Shown here: piece after piece, positions 51,887 through 64,000 of the stretch
Layout of the letters: each line of letters starts with the position of its first letter
Numbering within the stretch: position 1 is the stretch's first letter
Source of the DNA: Octopus vulgaris
Taxonomy: Eukaryota
DNA length: 64,000 bases
Direction of reading: 5' to 3'
Assembly (NCBI GenBank): GCA_951406725.2
Contig: OX597833.1
Location: 48,794,001 to 48,858,000, forward strand
Notes under the pieces: model-generated
What the model was told of the DNA's origin: nothing
Seen by the model: the letters and a program-made list of their open reading frames with translations, nothing else
Databases searched by the model: none
Program-made: the position numbers and the translations under genes

Positions 51887-54009
51887 GTAAAGGATTTCTC
51901 TGTTGATATCAAGATGCTTATACAATACCTTTTTGTGTTTTTATATACTTTTACTTTTTTTACTTTTTAATTGTTTCAGTCATGTGATTGTCGCCATGCT
52001 GGAGCACCGCCTTTAGTCGAGCAAATTGACCCCCGGACTTATTCTTTGTAAGCCTAGTACTTATTCTATCGGTCGCTTTTGCCGAACTGCTAAGTTATGG
52101 GGACGTAAACACACCAGCATCGGTTGTCAAGCGATGTTGCGGGGACAAACACAGACACACAAACACACACATATATATGTACATATACATATATACGACA
52201 AGCTTCTTTCAGTTTCCGTCTACCAAATCCACTCACAAGGCTTTGGTCAGCCTGAGGCTATAGTAGAAGACACATGCCCAAGGTGCCACGCAGTGGGACT
52301 GAACCCGGAACCATGTGGTTTGGTAAACAAGCTACTTACCACACAGCCACTCCTATATTTTAGGTTTTTTTTCTTTTCTGATATAGGTTGGGCATATCTG
52401 CTGCAAATCTAAATAATTAGGGCAAAGCCTTTGATTTGAAATCATTGCTTTCAGAATATAAACCATGAATCTTTTCTCTTTCTCTGTATTAATTTTATTA
52501 AAAGATTATCAAGAATCTTTTTATTTTTACGGTGGCACCTTGGGCAAGTGTCTTCTACTATAGCCTCAGGCCGACCAAAGCCTTGTGAGTGGATTTGGTA
52601 GACGGAAACTGAAAGAAGCCCATCGTATATATATGTGTGTGTGTATATATATACATACATATATGTATGTGTGTGTATATGTTTGTGTGTCTGTGTCCCC
52701 CCCCCCCCCAACATCGCTTGACAACCGATGGTGGTGTGTTTACATCTCCATAACTTAGCGATTCGGCAAAAGAGACCGATAGAATAAGTACTAGGCTTAC
52801 AAAGAATAAGTCCTGGGGTCGATTTGCTCGACTAAAGGCAGTGCTCCAGCATGGCCACAGTCAAATGACTAAAACAAGTAAAAGAGTAAAGAGAGTACAG
52901 AGTATTAGATTATTATAACCTCAAATACAAAACACTGACTAGTAAGTAATATATGGTGGAAAATTGTGTTTTTTCTTTTAAAGAAAGAACTAAAATTAAG
53001 AATTTTATTATGAAAAGCCTTTTGGCTTTATCCAGTAAAATACTTTTTCTTTAACCTTTTAGCATTCAGATTAATCTAACAAATGTAATGCTTATTGATT
53101 TACATTATTTTGAATTCATCATGCACTATCATATAGTTTCGAGATTTCGATGATATGACTGTTTATTTTAAAAATGACATTGTAGGATAGGTGTGAGAGG
53201 TCAAATCTGGCCAGTTTGAACATAAAACAGGTAGAATATTTTGGCCAGTTTGAATGCTAAAGGGTTAAACAGCATTAACCCAGATAACACATTGTTCTTT
53301 CAAATTTCAATGAGATAAATCTGCTTGATGCAAAGATATCATTGTTTGTTCCTTCTTGAGCCATGCTCGGCTCATAAGGGCCGGTTTCTTGGCATATAGG
53401 TTCCCCACCTGGACGGGACGCCAGTCCATCGCAGGTGAGCTGCATGATGCAGGAGGAAAGAGTGAGGAAAAGTTGTGGCGAAAGAGTCAGCAGAAGTTTC
53501 GCCAATACCTTCTGCCGGAGCCGCGTGGAGCTTAGGTGTTTTGCTCATAAACACACACATCGTCCTGTCTGAGATTCGAACCCGCGATCCCTCGACTGTA
53601 AGTCCGCTGCTGTAACCACTAGGCCACGTGCCTCCACAAAGATATCATTGCTTCTGCATGAAGCTAAAAGGCTCTCTGAAGGAATTGATAAATTTCCATG
53701 TCCAGTCTGTTTCATTATTTCACTGTTGGTTACTGAAAGTAAATCTGATAATTGGAACCAATGCAGAAAATCCTTTATGTTAGTGAATTATTTCTGCAAC
53801 CAAATGTTTTTATTTGATATTTTTTAAAACTTCAACTTCATCTCAACATCCTTTTATAATGAGACTGGTACCTCTCTGCCTTTCCAATATCCTGAAGTAT
53901 CTTAGATTTATTACCTAGAATTTACATCAAAAGCACTTGAAGTTTTAGAATTTTATAAAGCCAAAACAAGCAGAGATCATGATTTGGAAAACACATATTT
54001 TACTTATTA

Positions 54010-54460
54010 TAATAATAATGAAATTATTGTATGCGGTGCTCAGGTGCACCACAACTTGTCAAAAGTGAGTATAAAGCATATACAGTAATGTACAAATGTT
54101 TGGAAAGTGAACAATGTATGAGTCAGATACATGCTTGCGTGTATATGAAGGGGAGAAAATCAGGTGTAGTGTTGGCAAATCTCAGGAAGCATGGAAGTTT
54201 TGAAGGATGCAGTGCTCCGACAACTAACAACTGAAGCCGGCAGTTTGTTCCATGCTTCAGCAACTCTTAGCGTGAAAAAATGTTTCCGAAAGTCAGGTGA
54301 GCTGTGCTGTTTTCTGACTTTGTAAATATGTCCACGGGTGTTAGACAGGTGGAGTTTGAAAAGGTGCTCAGAGTTATTGTTTGTAAGATGGTTAATAATT
54401 TTATGGGTGTCTGCCAAGTCAGCTGTCAGACGTCAGAGTTTCAATGTATCCATGCCTAAA
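54010..54460 (-). mobile_element. CR1/L2-type LINE 3' fragment
   Basis: NTRGHIYKVRK..FRKHFFTLRVAEAWNKLP C-terminal motif, then a 3' UTR and (TTA)n tail. Confidence 0.75.
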
Positions 54461-55369
54461 ATAAATATTTAATCCCAAAATAAAGATAATTATTGCAAAT
54501 ATTGGGACTGGAGTGAAAAATGGTGCCAGTTTGTTGAATGAGTTTATTGTAAGTAACTATCTAGAAGAAAGTTGGCCAGATAATGAAGTGAGAAAAACTA
54601 GATTGCATTTATAAGAGAACCTGGTTAGGATGACCAACATATTCTGCCTGATTGATGTTGTCCAAACCTTTTTCTCTCTAAGAACTGTGTCACTCTTCCA
54701 GAATTTCTCCTTTCACTGTATAGGGTTCCATGTTATTTTCCATTAGGACATCTTGACAAATTTGTTGCTACCATTTGTTTTTGCTCTTGAGCAGAATTCA
54801 TCAACAACATCATTTTTGATGGCACCAGCTGCCATTAATTTGAATTTCTTGAAAGGCTTGGCAACCTTGGCTTTTGTTCAACACTCAACTTGACATTGTT
54901 GGGCCATCTTCCTCACAGCTTTACACTTATCCATAAGGTTCTCCTTAACGCATCTGAGCCTTTTGTGGACTGTGGCTTCAGGATGGCAGTGGCTTTTTCA
55001 GCTCACAATGACATCGGTGTCCTCCGGGATGCAGTCAATCAGTACTACCGAACAATATCAAATGTGGTTTTACCAATACAAGATTCAATGATGCCTTAAT
55101 GACCAACCCTCATCTGGCTGCCTCTGGACTGCCTCAGAATCAGACAGCACACCTAGCATAACTTGTAGCCCCTTTTTTTGACCAGCTCAAAGATAAAGAA
55201 AAAATTCAAAGGGGCAACCTTATTGTACATTTTGTCACACCAATTCTACTTTTGAAGTGTGTCTGTAGAATACGTAAGTTGTTCAGTTGTTTGAACAAGT
55301 GAAATATGTATTCATCATCAAGTATGGCAAAGGGTCTATTTTCTCAATTGTTTTTATCTCCTGTGTATA

Positions 55370-55413
<44 letters not shown>

Positions 55414-55454
55414 TAAATGAAAGAATGGAGTCGAACGAAGATGTTAACAAAATT

Positions 55455-55547
55455 CCTTTACTCTCGACACATGTTTCGAATACAGCATTTTCTCATTCCA
55501 AAGGAATAAAGGGTGCATTATGCAATCTTCTCATCAGGAAAGAAAGG
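55455..55547 (-). ncRNA. Candidate type I hammerhead ribozyme with fully canonical core
   Basis: Minus strand: cctttctttc CTGATGA G..(long stem II)..C GAAA CATGT GTC gagag-t-aaagg. GUC cleavage triplet (C at 55466); 10-bp stem I with one bulge. Confidence 0.75.
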
Positions 55548-55988
55548 GAGCCTCTCTCGACAACAAGATAAACAAAAATTTCGATGATATATATATATTT
55601 ATTTATTTATTTATTTATTTATTTATTTGTATGTAGGTATAGATGTATGTAGATGTGTGTGTGTGTAGATCGTTAGCCACTACACACATTTTTTTTCTCT
55701 CCTTGTTTTTTCTGTAGAAGAGCGTAGGCTCGAAACATAAAAGACTTTTTCTATTCCTGAGCGTTATACTAATACATCTGTTTGTTTTGTACATCACCCG
55801 TCTTCGTTTTTTGTTTTTTTCGTAAACTCTCCCTATATATCACACGCTCACGTGGTCACGCTTGTTGATCCTGTCATTTCTTACCACGCACGAACTTCTC
55901 CACTGGACTCTCCATCTACCCTTTTACAGATTCTCGTTTGGATATTTACCCTCTGGCTGCACTTCTCCTACATATGGATCACTGTGGA

Positions 55989-56092
<104 letters not shown>

Positions 56093-56097
56093 GTATG

Positions 56098-56148
<51 letters not shown>

Positions 56149-57044
56149 GTATGTATATATATATATATATGTATGTATTGATAAAACGGTAAGATAACAA
56201 AAGAAAGAAAGAGACCTCAATATTATGTAAATAGAGGAAATTTATCTATACAATATGTTACATTACTCGGTAGTCAAGATAAAACTCCGAGTTTCAGATG
56301 CCGAAGTGGAAATCCACAACACCATCCCTTCGACCATCTGGCTATTTGAAAACGTTATGAAAAAATACCGTTAAAAATGAAGGGAAATTACTCTGTTATA
56401 ACTCTGCTTTGCCTGCGTACTTACCCTTTATTCCTGCATGAACAGCTGTTCTCCTCTTGTGTTTCCTGCATGCTATGATTGACTATGTTTTTAAAATTGG
56501 TAGTTGAACTAAAACTAATTCCCAAATTGTGTCCATTGAAGAGTTTCCCACAAGCATGGTTAACTGGAAAATGTCCATCTATCAGTGCTAGGAAACATTT
56601 ACCCACATTGAAGGCCACCCCGGGTGAGCAAGGGGGCGCAAACCAGATGACCCTCCCATTTCCACCACTCCCCCTCCCTACCGTTGGGCTGGCGATAGGT
56701 GTATATTCCACCTTTTCGCCAAAACCACTATCTTCCAAAGCTTTATTACAAACTGGGGCAACGCCACCGAAGATGTCCCCACCAGATGAGAGGCCAGAAA
56801 TCCTCTTACTAATACCCTTAACCAAATCCTTGAACACCACAGGGGGATGGCATGAACCTACATTAATATAACTTAGTCTATCATTGGGCTTCCTATAAGG
56901 CTTATAAATATTATTATTAAGATCTAAGGAAACGTCTAAGAAATTGACAACCGTCAGGTTAGTGTCTATAGTTATACTAAGTCCGAAGTGTTTCATTAAC
57001 TGGATAATATCCTTCCTAAAACGATCTTGTGCTGGTCCATTTGT

Positions 57045-58587
57045 ATCAACCCAGCCAAGTCAGAACTAGGGATTATTAGCAAAGAAATTTTAGATAAAAT
57101 AAATACGAAAATTAAGACCGATACTAGGCTAGTGCAATGGTCCAATAGTATAGAAGTCGTAGACTGGTTTAAAGCTATTAAGAATAAGAAAAAAGCGAGG
57201 TTTACACAATTCGATATTGTTGATTTTTATGCCTCTATCTCTAAAGAACTGCTAGATAAAGCCCTAATCTTCGCTAGTGACTTCATAGAAATTAGTACCA
57301 ATGATAAGGATATAATCTTCCATGCTAGAAAGACATTACTTTTCAGTGAGAATGCAAAGTGGGTAAAAAACACAGACACGGAGGGCGCTTTCGATGTGAG
57401 CATGGGTTCATATGATGGGGCAGGCATCTGTGATCTAATTGGACTCTTTCTCCTAGATACCTTCGGTAAGACATTCCCTAACGTACATTTCGCCATCTAC
57501 AAAGATGATGCCCTCGCCTTAACAGCTAATACAAATGGACCAGCACAAGATCGTTTTAGGAAGGATATTATCCAGTTAATGAAACACTTCGGACTTAGTA
57601 TAACTATAGACACTAACCTGACGGTTGTCAATTTCTTAGACGTTTCCTTAGATCTTAATAATAATATTTATAAGCCTTATAGGAAGCCCAATGATAGACT
57701 AAGTTATATTAATGTAGGTTCATGCCATCCCCCTGTGGTGTTCAAGGATTTGGTTAAGGGTATTAGTAAGAGGATTTCTGGCCTCTCATCTGGTGGGGAC
57801 ATCTTCGGTGGCGTTGCCCCAGTTTGTAATAAAGCTTTGGAAGATAGTGGTTTTGGCGAAAAGGTGGAATATACACCTATCGCCAGCCCAACGGTAGGGA
57901 GGGGGAGTGGTGGAAATGGGAGGGTCATCTGGTTTGCGCCCCCTTGCTCACCCGGGGTGGCCTTCAATGTGGGTAAATGTTTCCTAGCACTGATAGATGG
58001 ACATTTTCCAGTTAACCATGCTTGTGGGAAACTCTTCAATGGACACAATTTGGGAATTAGTTTTAGTTCAACTACCAATTTTAAAAACATAGTCAATCAT
58101 AGCATGCAGGAAACACAAGAGGAGAACAGCTGTTCATGCAGGAATAAAGGGTTGTGCCCGCTGAATGGAGCTTGCATGTCCGGGACCATCATGTATGAAG
58201 CTACCGTAGACTCTATGGCCACTAAGGACACCGTTTCGACGAGGAGGTACGTGGGCCTGACAGGGTAATTTCAAGGCCAGGTTCAATAACCACACTTTGA
58301 GCTTTAGGCACTGGAACAAAGGAAAAGCGACACAATTATCCAATCATATTTGGTCTTTAAGAGATAAAGGTGTCGATTATAACATACAATGGAAGATTTT
58401 GGCCAGATGTAAGCCCTATACTAACGGCAGCGGAGGGTGCGGTTTGTGCGACATGGAGAGATGGCTTGTCTGGAGGGGCAGCTTGGACCCTACCGCATGT
58501 CTAAATGCAGGGACGGGGCTTTTCGGATCATGCCCACGTGTGACTAAATTTCTGTTACGTTTTTGGTCCCCTAAAGAAAACGGATAG
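57045..58587 (+). pseudogene. PLE reverse transcriptase / GIY-YIG ORF, frameshifted near 58262-58270
   Basis: FDIVDFYASI, MGSYDGA, YKDD, NFLDV, HPP; linker CSCRNKGLCPLNGAC; YVGLT..FKARFNNH; C.LC..E. The CxCx5C linker suggests the Naiad group (inference). Confidence 0.88.
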
Positions 58588-58776
58588 AACATGCTTTCTG
58601 TGTTATGTCCCAAGAAGATTTTATATATTTTTATATGTTTTTATATATTTTTATGTATTTTTATATAATTTTTATGACGAAAAATGCGAGCGATGTGTAA
58701 GTACGCAGGCAAAGCAGAGTTATAACAGAGTAATTTCCCTTCATTTTTAACGGTATTTTTTCATAACGTTTTCAAA

Positions 58777-58850
58777 TAGCCAGATGGCCGAAGGGATGGT
58801 GTTGTGGATTTCCACTTCGGCATCTGAAACTCGGAGTTTTATCTTGACTA
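58777..58850 (+). ncRNA. Hammerhead-like motif in the PLE terminal repeat (second copy 56271-56344, minus strand)
   Basis: agatgg CCGAAGG GATG..CATC T GAAA CTCGGAG TT ttatct. The core deviates from canonical at positions 4 and 9. Confidence 0.5.
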
Positions 58851-58907
58851 CCGAGTAATGTAACATATTGTATAGATATATATATATTATGCGTGTATAT
58901 GCACATA

Positions 58908-59300
58908 TGGAGGCGCAATGGCCCAGTGGTTAGGGCAGCGGACTCGCGGTCATAGGATCGCGGTTTCGATTCCCAGACCGGGCGTTGTGAGTGTTTATTG
59001 AGCAAAAACACCTAAAAAAGCTCCACGAGGCTCCGGCAGGGGATGGTGGTGATCCCTGCTGTACTCTTTCACCACAACTTTCTCTCACTCTTACTTCCTG
59101 TTTCTGTTGTACCTGTATTTCAAGGGGCCGGCTTTGTCACTCTCTGTGTCACGCTGAATATCCCCGAGAACTATGTTAAGGGTGCACGTGTCTGTGGAGT
59201 GCTCAGCCACTTGCACGTTAATTTCACGAGCAGGCTGTTCTGTTGATTCGGATCAACCGGAACCCTCATCGTCGTAACCGACGGAGTGCTTCCATCCATC
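58908..59300 (+). mobile_element. tRNA-derived SINE (ggaggcgcaatggcccagtggttagggc.. family)
   Basis: tRNA-like head with A/B boxes and ccatcc tail. Related copies at 1-75 (3' end), about 11157-11468 (-), 22245-22552 (-) and 53345-53636 (-, TSD caaagatatcattg). Confidence 0.85.
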
Positions 59301-59402
59301 ATATGCACGATACATGCCTTTGTATGTTATTTAATAACTTCATACTTTAAATTCTTACTGATCAAAAATTTCACTTGGAAATTTTTTTTTGACGTGTTTC
59401 AG

Positions 59403-59502
59403 ACGACCTTAATTTGAAAAAGCAAGAAGAACTTGAGAGCAAACTCTTCACAGAAATGCCATCTCGATATTATATTGAAATAACACAACTTCTGCTCAAA
59501 AA
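59403..59502 (+). CDS. GINS2: GINS2 exon 3
   Basis: tttcag|AC..AA|gtaagt, 100 nt; DDLNLKKQEELESKLFTEMPSRYYIEITQLLLK. Confidence 0.92.
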
Positions 59503-60985
59503 GTAAGTCACTTTGGGTTCATTAACAGTTCTTTAGATTCTGCCTTGAATCATGTTGAACATTTTAGTGTGCAATTTTGTGTGCATCTAGAATTATAGGA
59601 AATGTTGACAAGGAAACCTAGGCGAAGTCAGTTTTGGCAAGGTTTTTACAGCTGGATGCCCTTCAGAACGCCAACCACTTTACATTGCGGACTGGGTGCT
59701 TTTAAGTGGCACCTGTGCTGACAGGGTCACCAAGTACTTGCAAAACAAAAGCATAAATGCTAAACTGTTATACTACACTTTGCCAATTTTTGATATCTTG
59801 GCATCTGAAGCAGCTGGAGATATGATAGTTTGACTAAGAGAACTGACTATTGCAAGCAAAAATAAATATTGAAAAAAACGCATTTGGCCAATTTTGGACA
59901 TACAACAGTTTAACATAATAGCAACAAGTGTCATAGTCTTGAATTAGTGTATCTTGCACTTCAGTCTCTCAGTTATTCTGCCTCTTATCTCTCTTGATAA
60001 GACAGCTCCAGGTTTCATTTCATTTCATTTGAGTTTGAGTCCATGCTCAGGCCAAGTCGAAGACTCCACCCTCAGAGTCTGGTGTGGTTGCCAGGTTGTA
60101 TTCTCTGTTTAATTTTGACATGTGTAGGAGCGAGTTTGAGTCAGTTTGTGCTCGTTGTGTATATCCTGGGAGATGGGGTTCATCTCTAATGGTGCTTAAG
60201 TATCTATCCAGCAGGTTTAATGATACAATCTACCTGTTTTTAAAATGATCTAAAAACATCCCATCAAAAGTTAATTTTATTTATGAGAGGTTACTGAAAA
60301 GTTCCTGGCTTTGGGTAAAAGAAAGTACAAAAGGATCTGCTAATTATGATTTTATTCAACATATTCCCCTCTCAGATTCACACACTTATTGCAGTGGTCC
60401 TTAAGTTTTTCTAAGCCCTGTAAAAGAACTTGGAAGGTTGGACCTCCAACCAGGCCTTTCACAATACCCTTAAAGCCAGAAACTTTTGAGTACCCTCTCT
60501 TATATTCTAAACATCAGCTTAATAACGGTTTCGAATTTTAGCACAAGGCCAGCAATTTCAAGGTAGTAGGTAAATCTATTACATTGAACCCAGTATTCAT
60601 CTGGTACTTACAAACATTAAGACAGACGAAATGCTGCTAAGTGCTTTGTTTGAAATGCTAAAGATTTTGCCAGCTTTTTTAAACCATCAGCTTAATAATA
60701 ACAATAGTAAATCTTAGAGTGACTTATAAACAGTAGCTGCAACACATAGGGCACAGAAAGTGTGTCTAAAGCCAGTTGGAGGAGGTGTCCTCCTGGGGCT
60801 ACAAACTACAGTAGCATCCACCCTTAGGGGTTAGCCATATTTAAATGGCAAATATACGTTAATAAAGACAGTTATTTTACTAAATTCTTTGTTATTTTCA
60901 AGATTAATAGTAACAAAATATTGTAACAAAAGGGTTAAATAGCAAACATAACTATGGTTAATAAATGATTTTGCTCATGTTTCAG

Positions 60986-61112
60986 TGCTCCTGAAGATAT
61001 CCCCAAAGCTGATGAACTACGAACTCTTATTAAAGACATCTGGGACTTGCGCAAAGCAAAATTACGAAGCAGTATTGATACTTTCATCAAAAGTGATGCC
61101 ACACATGCTAAG
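60986..61112 (+). CDS. GINS2: GINS2 exon 4 (the final exon lies beyond the window)
   Basis: tttcag|T GCT..AAG|gtaact, 127 nt; APEDIPKADELRTLIKDIWDLRKAKLRSSIDTFIKSDATHAK. Confidence 0.93.
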
Positions 61113-61132
61113 GTAACTTTTTCCATAATTTA

Positions 61133-61542
61133 TCTATAATATAAATTGGACATGGGCGATCATTGTATTCTTTCTTGTCTTGAGGTTCACAGCTAAACGG
61201 CTGGGTGGATTTGCATGAAAAATGGCACACATATGGAGACGGGTGCATAGATTGGAATGCAGTTTGTATTTTTTTCCTAGCCCCCATACTTACCGAGAAA
61301 ATCGATTAAAACTTTTTTTAATGGAATTCCCCTCTTTCTTCCGCCATTAAAACAACCAGTTGCTTAGAAGCTGTTTTCTGATGGGGCGGGGCCAGGAAAT
61401 TTTCATACAGCTGGAGGCTCCAATCGAAACAAGGGACCCGAAATGATATGGTTGAGAAATGCTGTTATAGATTATGCCTAACCGAAAACGATGATAGCCA
61501 CATCATCCAAATACATCAGGTGAAACCGGGCTTAGCTGCTAG
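61133..61542 (+). mobile_element. Helitron-like element starting about 20 bp after the GINS2 exon 4 donor
   Basis: a|TCTATAATATAAA start; ..gtgaaaccgggcttagctgCTAG|t end. Confidence 0.55.
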
Positions 61543-61824
61543 TAGTATATAGAGTCGGTAATTGCTATGCTGATTTCTATGGTAAAAGAAAACACAGGAG
61601 GATCAGTTAATTATGATTTTATTCAACATATTCCCTTCTCAGATTCACACACTTATTGCAGCAGACCTTCAGTTTTTCTAAACCCTGTAAAAGAACTCAG
61701 AAGGTTGGGCCTTCAACTTGGCCTTTTCAGCAACTATTTTTATATATTTATAACAATTGTATTCAGACTGATACAATTTTGCTACTATTTCTTGCTTGTT
61801 GAGTAACTTCATGTAATAAAAATC

Positions 61825-62190
61825 ACTTGTGCTGGTGCCACGTAAAAAGGTCCTGTGCTGGTGCCACGTAAAAAGCTCTTGTGCTGGTGCCACGTAAAAA
61901 GTCTTTAGTGTCAGTGCCACGTAAAAGGCACTCATGTCGGTGCCATGTGATAAACACTTGTGCCAGCATAATGTAGAAAGCACTCATGCCAGTGCCATGT
62001 AGAATACACTTGTACTGGAGCCATGTAAAAAGCATTCATGCTGGTGCCATGTATAAAGCACATGTGCCGGCACCATGTGAAAGGCACACATGCTGGTGCC
62101 ATGTATAAAGCACCATGTGAAAGGCACACGTGCTGGTGCCACATAGAAAGGACTCACGCCTGCACCACATAAAAAGCACTTGTGCTGGTG
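61825..62190 (+). repeat. Expanded ~25-bp gtgctggtgccacgtaaaaagcac units inside a SINE (similar array at about 37270-37550)
   Basis: Directly visible degenerate tandem units preceding the SINE body and (GAT)n tail. Confidence 0.8.
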
Positions 62191-64000
62191 CTGTGTACCA
62201 AGCACCCAACACGCTCTGTAAAGTATTTGGTGTCAGGAAAGGCATCCATCTGTAGAACTCACACCAAAACAGACAAATGGAACCCAGACAGCTGGCCAGC
62301 TCCTGTCAAACTATCCGATCCATGCAGGCATGGAAAACAAACATTAAACGATGATGATGATGATGATGACTGATTGTCCCTTAAAGTTATATAATCTCTA
62401 CTGAAGATCTCGTCAATGATATAAAAAGCTTTTTACTACATGAGAAAGTCAAGCTCACTTATTATTGTTTAGTCCCAAATTAACCTTGATCAAACCATGC
62501 CAGTCTTGAACATCCCACCTCTGTGTATATGTGAAACTACATTAATGAATGTGTCCATTTGTTTGTTAAGATGGTGAGGTGTAATGTGAGATTTGGCTGC
62601 TATTTCTTGCTTGTCGAGTTAACTTCACAGTGGCTTGCTTCCTTTGTTAGCTCCTCAAACTCTTTTACATAGGAAGAGAAATCAATACAAAGGTTAAACA
62701 CAAGATCATCATCATCATCGTTTAACGTCTGCTTTCCATGCTAGCATGGGTTGGACGATTTGACTGAGGACTGGCGAACCAGATGGCTGCACCAGGCTCC
62801 AATCTGATCTAGCAGAGTTTCTACAGCTGGATGCCCTTCCTAACGCCAACTACTCCGAGAGTGTAGTGGGTGCTTTTACGTGCCACCGGCACGAGGGTCA
62901 GTCAGGCGGTGCTGGCAACAGCCATGCTCAAATGGTGCTTTTTATGTGCCACCTGCACAGGAGCCAGTCCAGCGGCACTAGCAACTACCTCGCTCGAATG
63001 TTTTTTCATGTGCCACCAGCACAAGGATGTTAATGAAAATTACCAAAGTAGATTTTTAGAAAGTGTTGTGAGTTAAATAAAGGAATAAGACTGTTTTGTA
63101 AAAGAGGAATAAAATGCTTAAAGATGCGTGAAGCAGAGTGTTTTAATGGGGCCTGTGGTAGATCATAGAAAATTTGTTTCTATAGATTCTATCTTTTATA
63201 TTTAACCTTTTGCTTGTTTCAGTCATTGGACTGTGACCCTGCTGGGGCATTGTCTTAAAAACTTTCGCTGAACAAATTAACCTCATACTTATGTTAAGTC
63301 TAGTACTTATTTTATCAGTCTCTTATACCAAACTACTAAGTTACCAGACCTAAACAAACTAGCATCAATTGTCAAGTGAAGGTGGAAGACAAGCACAGGC
63401 ACATAAACATGTGTGAGTGTGTGCCGGTGGCACGTTAAAAGCACCAACCGATCGTGGCCGATGCCAGACTCCCCTGGCACCTGTGCCGGTGGCACGTAAA
63501 AAGCACCCACTACACTCGCGGAGTGGTTGGCGTTAGGAAGGGCATCCAGCTGTAGAAACACTGCCAGATCAGACTGGAGCCTGGTGCAGCCCCTGGCTTC
63601 CCAAACCCCGGTCGAACTGTCCAACCCGTGCTAGCATGGAGAATGGACGTTAAACGATGATGATGATGATGATGATGATGAGATTCTGTCCTGACCCAAT
63701 CACAAATGGAAAAGTGGATATTAAATGATGATGATGATGAGTGAACTCCCTTGACCTTTGTCTTCCTAGTCTCATCCACAATGTATCTGGGTAGTGCAGA
63801 TAGGTCGCTATCATCACAGCCAAGGAGCTCTGACTACGACCCTGCTAGACAGATGTTCTGAATCAAACTAGTAATCCATCTCTCCGAAAGATTTACAGTG
63901 TGGTTGCCTGGTCACAGACGGCGAGCTGGCAGAACCATTAGCACGCCAGGCGAAATGCTTAGCGGTATTTCGTCTGTCGTTACGTTCTGAGTTCAAATTC

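Larger units (their letters stand above)
56181..58877. mobile_element. Penelope-like retroelement (RT plus GIY-YIG endonuclease), 5'-truncated, with an inverted partial copy
   Basis: Plus copy 57045-58877; inverted copy 56181-57046. Both outer ends run into (TA)n. Confidence 0.9.

Noticed and set aside
54640-55170. GC-richer stretch that might be a coding remnant
   Set aside because: No long open frame or recognisable motif by eye; a translated search would be needed.
58908-58985. tRNA gene
   Set aside because: The tRNA-like head continues into a multi-copy SINE body, with no proper acceptor stem or Pol III terminator.

Overview
AT-rich eukaryotic (animal) genomic DNA with spliceosomal introns. 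The SINE families, dense (TA)n microsatellites and gene sequences look like an octopus/coleoid cephalopod genome (inference). Three host genes can be reconstructed: the last coding exon of an axonemal dynein heavy chain (DNAH5/8-like, +), a complete six-exon TMEM143 (-), and the first four exons of GINS2/PSF2 (+), which is head-to-head with TMEM143. Most of the rest is repeat-derived: tRNA-type SINEs, RTE and CR1 LINE fragments, mariner/pogo/hAT DNA elements, non-autonomous Helitrons, tandem arrays and a Penelope-like element (PLE). Three things stand out. (1) More than ten candidate hammerhead-ribozyme motifs from several sequence families, with canonical and variant cores (G3-C8, U3-A8, C4, extra base after A9), mostly in short fold-back elements next to (TA)n. 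(2) A PLE copy whose 3' half looks A-to-G hypermutated, as if copied from ADAR-edited RNA. (3) A candidate HDV-like ribozyme at the 5' end of a short RTE-derived insertion. All structures were folded by eye; no search or computation was run.
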